NCBI GenBank assembly: GCA_048571215.1
Contig: CP182352.1
Location: 2,880,001-2,944,000 of the forward strand
Direction: 5' to 3'
Source: Halarcobacter sp.
GTDB taxonomy: Bacteria; Campylobacterota; Campylobacteria; Campylobacterales; Arcobacteraceae
Length of the DNA: 64,000 nt
The notes beneath the pieces were generated by a model. That model was not told the DNA's origin. It was given only the letters and a program-made list of their open reading frames with translations, and searched no databases. Positions 49,479 through 59,986 of this stretch are shown here, piece by piece (within the stretch, counting starts at the first letter, position 1; each line of letters begins with the position of its first letter). The position numbers and the translations under genes were made by a program.

Positions 49479-50609
49479 ATGAAAAATAAAAAATTAGGTA
49501 GAAATATAACTATTTTGGCAGTATTTTTGGCATTTATGGGGATGGGTGTTGTAGATCCCATATTACCAGATATAGCTAAAAAGCTGGGAGCAAACCATTG
49601 GCAGATTGAAATGTTGTTTAGTTCTTATATCTTGATGATGGCATTTATGATGTTACCAGCAGGAATACTTGCAACAAAATTTGGAGATAAAAATATAATG
49701 GTTATAGGTTTAGGTTCAGTTGCTCTTTTTTCAACTCTTTGTGCTTTTTCAGGTTCTATACTTGACTTATCTCTATTTCGTGCAGGTTGGGGATTTTCAA
49801 ATGCATTATTCTTCTCTACTGCTTTAATTATCTTAATAGTTTTATCGGATGAATATCATGAAGCTGTTGGATATTTTGAGGGCTCTATTGGTATAGGGAT
49901 ATCAGCTGGTCCCCTACTTGGTGGTTTTTTAGGAGAGCACTCATGGAGATACCCATTTTTAGCAACGGGTTTACTTGCACTTTGTGCTTTCTTTGCTGTA
50001 TTATTTTTTGTAAAAGTGCCTAAAAGTAAAGACAAAAGAAAGACCGTTAGCTTTAGTGATTTAAAACAATTATTTACAAATAAGAAATTTATAATCATAT
50101 CAATATCTGCCATGTTATATTTTTATGGTTTTATTGTAATCTTAGCTTACTCACCCTTGGTTGTAAACTTAAATCCAATAGAGATGGGCCTACTGTTTTT
50201 TGCCTGGGGCTTGGCATTAGCTGCTGGGTCAATAATCATCAGTACAAAATTAGAACAGTTTTACAAAGTTAAAAATATTGTTCCTGTTACCATATTTATT
50301 TTTGCTCTTATTCAATTAATAATACTGAATGTAGAATCTAAAGCCTTGATGAGTATGTTGATAATATTTTCTGGACTCTTATCTGGTATAAACAACTCCT
50401 TACTTACCTCTTATGTTATGGAAGTACAATTTGAAAAAAATATAATATCTGGGGGATTTAATTTTCTAAGATGGACTGGGGCAGCTACGGCACCAGTTTT
50501 ATCTGGGTTTATAGCTCAAAGCTTTAATAATATGCACCTACCATTTTTAGTTGCTGCAATATTATCTATAATCTCTTTTGTTCTATTATTTAATCTAAGA
50601 AAAGCCTAA
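49479..50609 (+). CDS. MFS transporter
   Basis: VVDPILP, GPLLGG...WRYPF and about 12 TMs. Confidence 0.9.
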   Translation: MKNKKLGRNITILAVFLAFMGMGVVDPILPDIAKKLGANHWQIEMLFSSYILMMAFMMLPAGILATKFGDKNIMVIGLGSVALFSTLCAFSGSILDLSLFRAGWGFSNALFFSTALIILIVLSDEYHEAVGYFEGSIGIGISAGPLLGGFLGEHSWRYPFLATGLLALCAFFAVLFFVKVPKSKDKRKTVSFSDLKQLFTNKKFIIISISAMLYFYGFIVILAYSPLVVNLNPIEMGLLFFAWGLALAAGSIIISTKLEQFYKVKNIVPVTIFIFALIQLIILNVESKALMSMLIIFSGLLSGINNSLLTSYVMEVQFEKNIISGGFNFLRWTGAATAPVLSGFIAQSFNNMHLPFLVAAILSIISFVLLFNLRKA

Positions 50610-50621
50610 AAGGCTTCTCTT

Positions 50622-52049
50622 TTATGATAATCTTTGTTTTAAAAGTTCATTTACTTTTTGTGGGTTAGCAGTACCCTTAGATGCTTTCATAGTTTGTCCT
50701 ACAAAGAATCCAATTAGTTTCTCTTTTCCTGCTTTATACTGTTCAACTTTGTCTTGGTTTGCAGCCAAGATTCCATCTATGATTTCAAGTAAAGCTCCAT
50801 CATCAGAAACTTGTTTTAAACCAAGTTTCTCAATAACAGTATCAACTTCATCATTTTCATTTTCCATTAAGAAATCTAATACCTCTTTTGCAGCTTTTCC
50901 TGAGATTGTGTTATCTTCAATTCTTTTAACTATAATTGCCAATTTTTTTGCTTGTACAGGAGATGTTTCTAAAGTAACACCCTCTTTTAATCTTCCTTGT
51001 AGTTCAACTGTTAACCACGTTGCAGCATTTTTACCAGTGATTCCCTCTTCTAACATCTCTTCAAAAAAGTGTGCCATCTCTAAAGAAGCAGTGATAACAG
51101 AAGCATCATACTCTTTGATATCATACTCTTTTACAAACCTTTCTTTCTTTTCATCTGGAAGTTCTGGAATTTGTGAATATTTTTCCATCATATCATCTGT
51201 AATAATTACAGGTAAAAGGTCTGGATCTGGGAAATATCTATAATCCGCTGCATCTTCTTTACCTCTCATAGATCTAGTTTCACCACGTTCAGGATCAAAT
51301 AATCTTGTTTCTTGAACAATCTCTGTACTATGGATACCATCTTCCCAAGCTTCAATATGTCTATTTACTTCATAAGCTATAGCTTTTTCAATAAACTTAA
51401 ATGAGTTCATATTTTTTATTTCACATCTTGTGTATAACTTGTCATCACCCTTTGGTCTAATAGAAACATTAACATCACATCTGAAGCTTCCCTCTTGCAT
51501 ATTAGCATCACTAATTCCAAGGTATCTTACTATTGAATGAAGTTTCTTAAGATATAAAATAGCCTCTTGTGCAGTTCTCATATCTGGTTCAGAAACTATC
51601 TCAAGCAAAGGTGTTCCCGCTCTATTTAAATCCACATGGGAAACTGCTCCTGCATGGATATTTTTACCCGCATCATTTTCTAAATGTGCTCTTGTTACCC
51701 CAATAGTTTTTTGACCTCCATCTGGAAAATCAATAACTAACTCTCCAAGTCCAACAACTGGAACTTCAAATTGTGAGATTTGGTAGCCATTTGGTAAATC
51801 TGGATAAAAATAGTTTTTTCTATTAAATATTGACTTTTGATTAATTTTTGATTTAAGTGCTGTTCCTAACATAATAGCTTTATGAACTGCCTCTTTATTT
51901 AGTACTGGCAATGCTCCTGGAAGACCTAAACATGTAGGACATACATTTGTATTTGGTTCCTCTCCAAAGCTTGTTGCACATGAACAAAAAAGTTTGCTAT
52001 TTGTATTTAACTGAACGTGTACTTCTAATCCTATAATTACTTCAAACAT
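50622..52049 (-). CDS. gatB: Asp/Glu-tRNA amidotransferase subunit B
   Basis: [29 protein letters not shown] and [10 protein letters not shown]. Confidence 0.98.
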   Translation of the reverse strand: MFEVIIGLEVHVQLNTNSKLFCSCATSFGEEPNTNVCPTCLGLPGALPVLNKEAVHKAIMLGTALKSKINQKSIFNRKNYFYPDLPNGYQISQFEVPVVGLGELVIDFPDGGQKTIGVTRAHLENDAGKNIHAGAVSHVDLNRAGTPLLEIVSEPDMRTAQEAILYLKKLHSIVRYLGISDANMQEGSFRCDVNVSIRPKGDDKLYTRCEIKNMNSFKFIEKAIAYEVNRHIEAWEDGIHSTEIVQETRLFDPERGETRSMRGKEDAADYRYFPDPDLLPVIITDDMMEKYSQIPELPDEKKERFVKEYDIKEYDASVITASLEMAHFFEEMLEEGITGKNAATWLTVELQGRLKEGVTLETSPVQAKKLAIIVKRIEDNTISGKAAKEVLDFLMENENDEVDTVIEKLGLKQVSDDGALLEIIDGILAANQDKVEQYKAGKEKLIGFFVGQTMKASKGTANPQKVNELLKQRLS

Positions 52050-52059
52050 CTATTTCCTT

Positions 52060-52941
52060 TTATCTTACTATTTTTATATCTGCTGATAATTTTAATTTTT
52101 CAAAATAATCTTTTAAATATTTTTGTTGTCTATCTTGCATTACAATATTAAAAATTCTGTCCCTAACATCAGCATAAGCAATAGTTTGTAGATTTTCTTT
52201 TTTTGTAATTAAAAGAGTTACAAAATCTTTATTTGCGTTAAAAATTGGTGTAAAATGATTTATTTTTGTTCCATTGATTACATATCTTAATTGTGGATTT
52301 AACTTTGCTTGTTCTAAGTTTACTGGTGTTTTAGTTACATCATCAACTTCCATCATTGGGTTTTTAGTTATAGAAATTAAAGATTCTCTATTTGGTGACA
52401 CATATTGTATTGCTTTTACATTTGCTGCTGCTTCAAACATACTTTTATTGTTTTCATAATAGATTTTCAAATCCTCTTCAGTAGCAATTTTTATATTACC
52501 TCTAACTAACTTTTCAGTTAATTTTTCTTTGATTATTGTATTTCTAACTTCCTCTTCATATCTATCATAGTTTTTATACTTTTGTCTTAATACCGATTTA
52601 AAAGTATATAAATCCATCCCATTTGAAGCTGCTATCTTTTCCAAATAACTGTTAATGTCAAAAATATCTGCTGTAATATTATATTTTTCTACAAGTTGTT
52701 CATATAACACCTCATCAATTAATTGGCTTACTGCTTTTTCTTTTGATATTTTCTTTTGATATTTTCTCTTTTCAATATCAAAAAGTGTGATTGGTTCATC
52801 ATTTACCACTAAAGCTACCGCATCAATTAAATTTGAGCCGTGTGAAAATGTAAGTACTGTTAAAAGTATAAATAAAAGTCTTGTACCTTTTTGTAGGATT
52901 CCAACTTGTTTCATCATTATGTTCCTTTCAGATAATATCAA
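52060..52941 (-). CDS. SurA-like periplasmic chaperone / PPIase (start probably slightly downstream)
   Basis: Signal peptide, AVALVVNDEPITLFD and C-terminal YFEKLKLSADIK. Confidence 0.75.
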   Translation of the reverse strand: MILSERNIMMKQVGILQKGTRLLFILLTVLTFSHGSNLIDAVALVVNDEPITLFDIEKRKYQKKISKEKAVSQLIDEVLYEQLVEKYNITADIFDINSYLEKIAASNGMDLYTFKSVLRQKYKNYDRYEEEVRNTIIKEKLTEKLVRGNIKIATEEDLKIYYENNKSMFEAAANVKAIQYVSPNRESLISITKNPMMEVDDVTKTPVNLEQAKLNPQLRYVINGTKINHFTPIFNANKDFVTLLITKKENLQTIAYADVRDRIFNIVMQDRQQKYLKDYFEKLKLSADIKIVR

Positions 52942-52965
52942 AACAAAATATATTGTTTTGATATA

Positions 52966-53006
52966 AAAACAGACATTTTACCAAAAAAATGGTAAATATC
53001 TGTTTT
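52966..53006 (-). terminator. Hairpin downstream of the D-lactate dehydrogenase gene
   Basis: aaaacagacattttacca / tggtaaatatctgtttt imperfect inverted repeat; a second perfect 12-bp repeat lies at 52935-52964. Confidence 0.5.
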
Positions 53007-53021
53007 GTTGGGAAAAGATTG

Positions 53022-55859
53022 CTAGTTTTTTGATTTTGTAACTTTATCTATTAGATAAAAAATTGAGTTATAATCTAGTTCTGAGTGTTCACTTAGACCT
53101 ATTTCGCATGTTTTAGATGTGCTAAAAGCATATTTTGCCTCTTTTGTATCATCTTTTAAAAATCTAAGTGCAGATTGATTTAGTTCTGGAAAACTAAAGC
53201 CCCTATCACCTGCAAAACCACAACATTTCACATTTTGTGGCACTATTACATTAGAAGAGCATAGATTTGCTAACTCTATAAACTTTTCATGTAGACCCAT
53301 TTTTCTTGAACTACAAGTTGTGTGTATAGTAATAGCTTCATCTATTTGTTCAAACTCTAATTGATCCACTAAAAATTTTAATGTAAACTCTATTGGTTCA
53401 TAAACCTTGATTCTATCTTCAAAGGAATCTATCATCTTTTTTGTACATGGACTTGTATCACATAACACAGGTATTTCTCCAAAATTACTTAGCTCTTGAA
53501 GAACGAACTCTAATTCATCAGATTTTATCTTACCTTGCTCTTTAAAGCCTTTTGAGGAAAAAGGCATTCCACAACATAAATTATCTAAATTTTCAGGAAA
53601 CAATATTTGATAACCTGCTTTTTTTAATAAAGAAATTGTAACATCAACTAAATCTTTATCTTCACTTGTATCCTTACATCTTCCCATTGTTCTATTTATA
53701 CAAGACGGGAAATAAACAACTTTTTTTTCACTTGCTTGTTGTTCAAATCTATAGTTTACTTTTGCTGGTTTTGGTAAAGTTGATATCCATTTAGGCATTT
53801 TATTATTTGATATTGCCCTTAGGGATGAAGTTACACTACTCATACTAGCAGTACCTAAAATTGAGTGGGCAATATTTGCACTACCTAATCCAAACTTCAT
53901 AAGAGATAGGGTTGTTGAAAAGTTATTTGCTATAGTACTTGCAACTTTTAATGCGCCATTACTTATTTGCTCAGCTCTTAAGTGTTTAGTTAAACTTCCT
54001 GTATCTATTTTAACTGGACATACAGTAGAGCATAAACTACAAGCAGCACAGGTTTCTATCCCATCATACTGATAAAGCTCCTCATACTCTTTTGCCTCTT
54101 TTTCATCCCCTAATTGTCTTAATCTTGATATCTCTCTATTTATAACAATTCTTTGTCTTGGTGTTAGAGTTATATCATTTGAAGGGCAAGTTGGTTCACA
54201 AAAACCACACTCAATACACTTATCAACTATCTCATTTGATGAAGGCATCTCTTTTAGATTTTTTAAGTGTGCTTCATGGTCATCATTTATTATTACCCCT
54301 GGATTTAAAAGAGATTTTGGATCAAAAAGAGTTTTTATGCTTTTCATTATCTCATAAGCTTTATTACCCCACTCAACCTCTACAAAAGATGCCATGTTTC
54401 TTCCCGTACCATGTTCCGCTTTTAAACTTCCTTGATACTTTAATGCAACTGATGAGACCACATCATTCATAAACTCATCATATCTTTTTACCTCTTTTTC
54501 ATCAGAGAAATCTTGGGTAAAAACAAAGTGAAAGTTCCCCTCTAAAGCGTGACCAAAAATTAAAGCTTCATGGTAAGCATGTTTTTTAAATAGTTCTTGA
54601 AGCTCTAGTGTTGCCTCAGCTAAACTTTCTATTGGGTAAGCCACATCTTCTATAATAACAGTTGTACCCATCTGTCTTACTGCACCAACTGCTGGGAAAA
54701 GTCCTTTTCTAATCTTCCAATATAAGGTATACTCTTTTTCATCACAGGTAAAATATATATCCCTTACAACATCAAAATCACTTAAAAGCTCTTCAATTTT
54801 AGAAATTTGTACTTGTAAAGTCTCTTGGTTTACAGCTCTTGTTTCAATTAAAAGTGCAGTAACATCTTTGTCAAAATCTTTTATAAATTCTGGCATTGCA
54901 GGATCATTCTCAATACTAGCTAGTCCTGCTCTATCCATAAGTTCAACTGCATCTACGCTGATTTTATTTGATTCTTTTGCTAATTTTAATTTTGTAACTG
55001 CATTACATGCTTCTTTTACATTTTTAAAATATATTAAAGCACTAGCTTTATCTTTTAAGTCCTCCACTGTATAGTAAGTAATCTCTTCAATAAAGGCTAA
55101 AGTTCCTTCACTTCCAATGATTAGATGTTCTAGTATCTCAAACTCATCTTCAAAATCAATTAAAGCATTTATAGAATACCCACAGGTGTTTTTTATTTTA
55201 TATTTTTTTTCAATTTTTGCTCTTAGCTCTTCATCACTTTTTGTATCAAGAGATAATTGTTTTAAATCAGCTAATAACTTCTTATGAGTTTTTCTAAACT
55301 CATTTTTACTATTTTCATCGGCTGTATCAAGTTTTGTTCCATCTGCAAAAATAAGTTTCATAGATTTTAAAGTCTTATATGAGTTTTGAGAGATACCACA
55401 ACACATCCCTGAAGCATTATTTGCTGCAATTCCACCAATCATTGCTGCATTTATAGATGCTGGATCTGGACCTATTTTTTTAGCAAATGGTGCTAAGATA
55501 TTGTTTACCTCTTGTCCTGTTAAAGCAGGCTGCAATGAGATAGTACTTTTATCTTCTGCAACTTTAAAATCCCTAAAATTTCTTGAAGTAACAATTAAAA
55601 TAGAATCACTAATAGCTTGACCTGACAATGAGGTACCAGCAGCCCTAAAGGTTACACTTAACTCTAAATCATGTGATATCTTTATAATATCTTGAACCTC
55701 TTTTGCATTATCAGTTTTGATAACTATTTTAGGAATAAGTCTATAAAAAGAGGCATCTGTACCATAAGCCAAAGTGTGTAACTTATCTGTAAATATTTTT
55801 TCTTTATTTATATATTTGATTATTTGATTATAAAAATCTTGATATTTTCCTTCTAACAT
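53022..55859 (-). CDS. FAD/Fe-S D-lactate dehydrogenase (Dld-II type)
   Basis: RAAGTSLSGQ, ANNASG, GSEGTL, KAEHGTG, two CxxCxxC ferredoxin motifs and CCG domains; inside a lactate cluster. Confidence 0.85.
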   Translation of the reverse strand: MLEGKYQDFYNQIIKYINKEKIFTDKLHTLAYGTDASFYRLIPKIVIKTDNAKEVQDIIKISHDLELSVTFRAAGTSLSGQAISDSILIVTSRNFRDFKVAEDKSTISLQPALTGQEVNNILAPFAKKIGPDPASINAAMIGGIAANNASGMCCGISQNSYKTLKSMKLIFADGTKLDTADENSKNEFRKTHKKLLADLKQLSLDTKSDEELRAKIEKKYKIKNTCGYSINALIDFEDEFEILEHLIIGSEGTLAFIEEITYYTVEDLKDKASALIYFKNVKEACNAVTKLKLAKESNKISVDAVELMDRAGLASIENDPAMPEFIKDFDKDVTALLIETRAVNQETLQVQISKIEELLSDFDVVRDIYFTCDEKEYTLYWKIRKGLFPAVGAVRQMGTTVIIEDVAYPIESLAEATLELQELFKKHAYHEALIFGHALEGNFHFVFTQDFSDEKEVKRYDEFMNDVVSSVALKYQGSLKAEHGTGRNMASFVEVEWGNKAYEIMKSIKTLFDPKSLLNPGVIINDDHEAHLKNLKEMPSSNEIVDKCIECGFCEPTCPSNDITLTPRQRIVINREISRLRQLGDEKEAKEYEELYQYDGIETCAACSLCSTVCPVKIDTGSLTKHLRAEQISNGALKVASTIANNFSTTLSLMKFGLGSANIAHSILGTASMSSVTSSLRAISNNKMPKWISTLPKPAKVNYRFEQQASEKKVVYFPSCINRTMGRCKDTSEDKDLVDVTISLLKKAGYQILFPENLDNLCCGMPFSSKGFKEQGKIKSDELEFVLQELSNFGEIPVLCDTSPCTKKMIDSFEDRIKVYEPIEFTLKFLVDQLEFEQIDEAITIHTTCSSRKMGLHEKFIELANLCSSNVIVPQNVKCCGFAGDRGFSFPELNQSALRFLKDDTKEAKYAFSTSKTCEIGLSEHSELDYNSIFYLIDKVTKSKN

Positions 55860-56026
55860 TTAAATCCTTTATTATATTTTATATTGTGAATTTAAAATTA
55901 CCTATTATTCAAGGCGAGGAACGGTGTATATTCTTTGTTGAGGGTCATTTATAAATGAATACATTTTATCACACTGCTTAAGGATAATATTTAAAACTAA
56001 AATTAAACAGTGTGACATCTTAAGCC

Positions 56027-57400
56027 TTACATATCAGCAGATAATCCAAAAACTTCTGGATATACAGCAACAATTGCAAGAACAATTATTTGTATTATAA
56101 TAAAAGGTAAAACACCTCTATATATTTGTCCAGTTGTAACGGAAGCTGGGGCACACCCTTTTAAATAAAAGAGAGAAAAACCAAATGGTGGGGTTAAAAA
56201 TGAGGTTTGTAAATTCATTGCGATTAAAACTGCAAACCATACTGGATTTATATCCAAAGCTTGTGAAACAGGAATTAATATAGGAATAATAATATATGAA
56301 ATTTCAATAAAATCAATAAAAAATCCTAATACTAATATTGCTAACATTGTTAAGATAATAAAAGTCCATTTACTATCCCCAGGAAGACTTGTCATAAAGT
56401 GTTCAACTAAAGTATCTCCACCTGTATATGTAAATACCATAGAGAATGCGGTTGCCCCTATTAGAATACCAAATACCATTGATGTAATTTTAACAGACTC
56501 TAAAGATGCTTCTTTTACCATATCATTTGTATAAGATCTGTACATAAAAGCAAGTAGTATTGCTCCTATACAACCAACAGCTGCTGATTCAGTTGGAGTT
56601 GCCACACCTGCGAAAATTGAACCTAATACTAAAACAATTAAAGTTAATGATGGAATAATATCAATCAAAGCTTTTCCAACTTGTTTTTTCTTAGAACCTC
56701 TACTTGGGTCAGCTGGTATTGCTGGTGCCATATCTTTTTTTATGAACGAAACAACTAAAATAAATAAAATATATGCAACTACTAAAGTGATACCAGGCCA
56801 AACAGCTGCTGAGAATAAATCCCCAACAGGAACTTGAAACACATCCCCTAAGATAATCAATACAATAGATGGGGGAATAATCTGCCCCAAGGTTCCAGAT
56901 GCACAAATGGTTCCTGCTGCAAGTTCTGTATTATATTTATACTTTAACATAACAGGAAGAGATATAACCCCCATTGCTACAACTGAAGCACCTACAACGC
57001 CAGTAGAAGCTGCCAATAAAGTACCAACTAAAACAGTAGAAATAGCAACTCCACCTCTAACCTCTCCAAATAAAAATCCCATAGATTCAAGAAGTTTTTC
57101 TGCAAGTCCAGTTTTTTGTAAAACTATACCCATAAAAATAAACATTGGAATTGCCATCAAAATGGTATTTTGTTGAATAGAATAGATTCTAAAAGGCATA
57201 AAATCAAACATAGCTATACCCTCTACTACACCTTCACTTAAAATAGATGTTATTCCCATACTAGCATCTGCATAAGTATATATCTCTACAATACCTGCAA
57301 TTAGTCCAAAAAATACCGATACTGCTGCAAAAGTAAAGGCCACAGGAAATCCAATTAACAGCATACATAATGCTGTAAAAAACATGATAATACCAATCAT
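56027..57400 (-). CDS. dctM: TRAP transporter large permease
   Basis: GTLGQIIPPS, ATPTE and LTPPFG. Confidence 0.92.
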   Translation of the reverse strand: MIGIIMFFTALCMLLIGFPVAFTFAAVSVFFGLIAGIVEIYTYADASMGITSILSEGVVEGIAMFDFMPFRIYSIQQNTILMAIPMFIFMGIVLQKTGLAEKLLESMGFLFGEVRGGVAISTVLVGTLLAASTGVVGASVVAMGVISLPVMLKYKYNTELAAGTICASGTLGQIIPPSIVLIILGDVFQVPVGDLFSAAVWPGITLVVAYILFILVVSFIKKDMAPAIPADPSRGSKKKQVGKALIDIIPSLTLIVLVLGSIFAGVATPTESAAVGCIGAILLAFMYRSYTNDMVKEASLESVKITSMVFGILIGATAFSMVFTYTGGDTLVEHFMTSLPGDSKWTFIILTMLAILVLGFFIDFIEISYIIIPILIPVSQALDINPVWFAVLIAMNLQTSFLTPPFGFSLFYLKGCAPASVTTGQIYRGVLPFIIIQIIVLAIVAVYPEVFGLSADM

Positions 57401-58005
57401 TTAGAATCCCCTTTTTCATCAATATCTACAACATGGAATTTATGCTCATTTAAGTCACATTTTAAATTCTCAATTTCACCTTTTAAATTATATTCATCTA
57501 GGTCATGATTACCTTTATATACATTTAAATTTTTAATAAAAAAACCAACTGTAGTGATAATCAAAAGGAAAAAAGCAAGAGGGATAAGTGATTTTACTAT
57601 CCATCTATAAGGAAGCCCTCCCGGATCACCACTTTGCTCCATTGAGTGAAATGCTTCAACTGCATTATCAATAGAACTAATACCAACTAAAAGTGCAATT
57701 GGTAAAATAAATAAAACTGCACCTATCATATTAACCATAGCTTTTTTTCTAGGTGACCATCTATCATAAAGAAGGTCAACTCTTACATGTCCGTCTTCTT
57801 TTAAGGTATAAGAAACCCCAAGCAAAATAATTACAGAAAATAGATGCCACTCCATCTCCTGCATAGCAATACTTCCTGATTTGAAAAAGTATCTCATGAT
57901 TACATCATAAAATACATTTAAAATCATCAAAACCATTGCAGCAGAAGTAATCACTCCAATTACATCTGCAAATTTATTAAAAAATTGTTCAAGTTTTAAC
58001 AGCAT
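57397..58005 (-). CDS. dctQ: TRAP transporter small permease
   Basis: QEMEWHL, GHVRVD and SGDPGGL; start placed at ATG 58005. Confidence 0.9.
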   Translation of the reverse strand: MLLKLEQFFNKFADVIGVITSAAMVLMILNVFYDVIMRYFFKSGSIAMQEMEWHLFSVIILLGVSYTLKEDGHVRVDLLYDRWSPRKKAMVNMIGAVLFILPIALLVGISSIDNAVEAFHSMEQSGDPGGLPYRWIVKSLIPLAFFLLIITTVGFFIKNLNVYKGNHDLDEYNLKGEIENLKCDLNEHKFHVVDIDEKGDSK

Positions 58006-58080
58006 TAAACATCCTTCGGAAAAAATCAAATAGATTAGATAAATCTATAAGCTAAATTTATCTAATTTATTATTATATAA

Positions 58081-58102
58081 AATCCCCCATAAGAGGGGGA
58101 TT
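58081..58102 (-). terminator. Stem-loop between dctP and dctQ
   Basis: aatccccc-ataaga-gggggatt. Confidence 0.6.
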
Positions 58103-58110
58103 AGTTAGTC

Positions 58111-59184
58111 TTATAAATTATCTTTTAAGTATAGGTAATCAGACATCTCTGTCCAAGCTCTAGCTTTCTTTTGATAAGCTTTTTGAGAATCTAAAACCTC
58201 TTTTAATAAAGGATGACCTTTTGCCATCTCTACTAACAATTCTTCGTTTGCTTTTTTCATAGCATCCATAACCTCTTTTGGAAAAGTTTTAATTTTAATA
58301 TTTGGATACTCTTTAGCAATCTCAGACCATGCAGTAGCACTCATATCATAATTTTGAATATACATATCATATGAACTAAGTTTCATAGCTGTTATTAAAA
58401 TCTCTTGCAAATCTGCTGGAAGTTTTTTAAATGCTCTTTCATTTACTAAAAATTGTAGTTCAGTTGCTGGTTCATGCCAACCTGTGTAGTAATAAGGTGC
58501 GATTTTATGAAATCCCATTTTAATATCCATTCCAGGTCCAACCCACTCTAATGCATCAATAGTTCCTCTTTCAAGTGAAGTATAAAGTTCACCTGGAGCA
58601 ATATTAGTAACAGTAAGACCTAGTTTTGCCATAATCTCACCAGCAAAACCTGGAATTCTCATTTTAAGACCTTTTAAATCATCAAGTGAGTTAATCTCTT
58701 TTCTAAACCAACCACCCATTTGATTTCCTGTGTTTCCACCAGGATACGATAATACTTTATGTTTAGCATACGCTTTTTGCATAAGCTCTAGTCCACCACC
58801 ATAATAGAACCAAGCATATTGTTCAGGAGCAGTCATACCAAAAGGCATTGTTGTAAATGGTAGAAGATTGATATCTTTTCCCTTCCAGTAATATGAAGCT
58901 GAATGACCCATCTCATATTGTCCACCTTTTACCATATCTAAAACACCAAATGCTGACTTATGTTTATTTGAAGCATCAACTCTAATAATTAATCTTCCAT
59001 TTGACATCTTTTCAACCATCTCTGCCATTTTTGTTGGGGCATCAATAAATGGGTGTAAAGTTGGTCCCCAAGTTGTTGCTAATTTCCATTTGTAAACTCT
59101 ATCTTTAGCCATAGAAACTGTAGTAAGTCCTGCAACTAATGCAGTGGCAACAAGTAGTTTAGTAGTTTTTCCAAACATTTTCAT
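58111..59184 (-). CDS. dctP: TRAP substrate-binding protein (TakP / monocarboxylate type)
   Basis: HSASYYW, GNTGNQMGGWF, KMRIPG, EWVGP and YYTGWHEP. Confidence 0.92.
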   Translation of the reverse strand: MKMFGKTTKLLVATALVAGLTTVSMAKDRVYKWKLATTWGPTLHPFIDAPTKMAEMVEKMSNGRLIIRVDASNKHKSAFGVLDMVKGGQYEMGHSASYYWKGKDINLLPFTTMPFGMTAPEQYAWFYYGGGLELMQKAYAKHKVLSYPGGNTGNQMGGWFRKEINSLDDLKGLKMRIPGFAGEIMAKLGLTVTNIAPGELYTSLERGTIDALEWVGPGMDIKMGFHKIAPYYYTGWHEPATELQFLVNERAFKKLPADLQEILITAMKLSSYDMYIQNYDMSATAWSEIAKEYPNIKIKTFPKEVMDAMKKANEELLVEMAKGHPLLKEVLDSQKAYQKKARAWTEMSDYLYLKDNL

Positions 59185-59335
59185 GCGATCTCCTTTTTTA
59201 ATGTAGTTTAAATTTTAACTACACTAAATGAAATTTGTATGATATTTTTTTCATATTTATTAAAAAAAGTGCCTAAAATAGGTCATTGTGGACATATGTT
59301 CATCAAAAAGGAAGGAATGCTATGTTCATGCTATT

Positions 59336-59986
59336 TTAGTCTGTTTTAAAAATATATCCTGTATCTACAACAGTTTGTATATACTCTTTTTGTAAAATTT
59401 TTCTAAGTCTTCTTACTAAACTTCTAATTGAGTCAATGGAAGCAAAGGTACCTTCCCAAACATAATTTTCAATAGCTTCATAACTTACCACTTGATTTTT
59501 ATTTGTTAAAAATAGATTTAAAAGCAATCTTTCTTTTTTTGTTAATCTAAACTCCTCTTTATCTATAGATACTACAGAAGATTTGTAATCAAAATAAACA
59601 TCTTTATCAAAGTTTATTAAATCATTTTTAATCTGACATAGTTTTTCTATTTTTATCTCCAACTCATCAATAAAAAAAGGTTTTTTAAGATAATCATTAC
59701 AACCAAAATCGTACGATTGTTTTATAATATCAAGTTCCACAGTTGAACTAATTATAATAACTGGTACCTCAGCATAATACTCTCTAATCTTTTTTAATAT
59801 CTTTACACCATCAACATTTGGTACATTTATATCTAAGATAAAACAAGAATAACCATCTGTTATTGAATCATAAGCTTCTTTACCATCTACAAAAGCTGAT
59901 ACCTTATAGTTTTTTAGTTCTAATCTTTTTTTTATTGTACTATTTAATTTTTCATTATCTTCAAGTAGTAGTACTTTCATCTTCAC
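59336..59986 (-). CDS. OmpR-family response regulator
   Basis: LLEDN, LDINVP, KPF and IQTVVDTGY. Confidence 0.92.
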   Translation of the reverse strand: MKMKVLLLEDNEKLNSTIKKRLELKNYKVSAFVDGKEAYDSITDGYSCFILDINVPNVDGVKILKKIREYYAEVPVIIISSTVELDIIKQSYDFGCNDYLKKPFFIDELEIKIEKLCQIKNDLINFDKDVYFDYKSSVVSIDKEEFRLTKKERLLLNLFLTNKNQVVSYEAIENYVWEGTFASIDSIRSLVRRLRKILQKEYIQTVVDTGYIFKTD

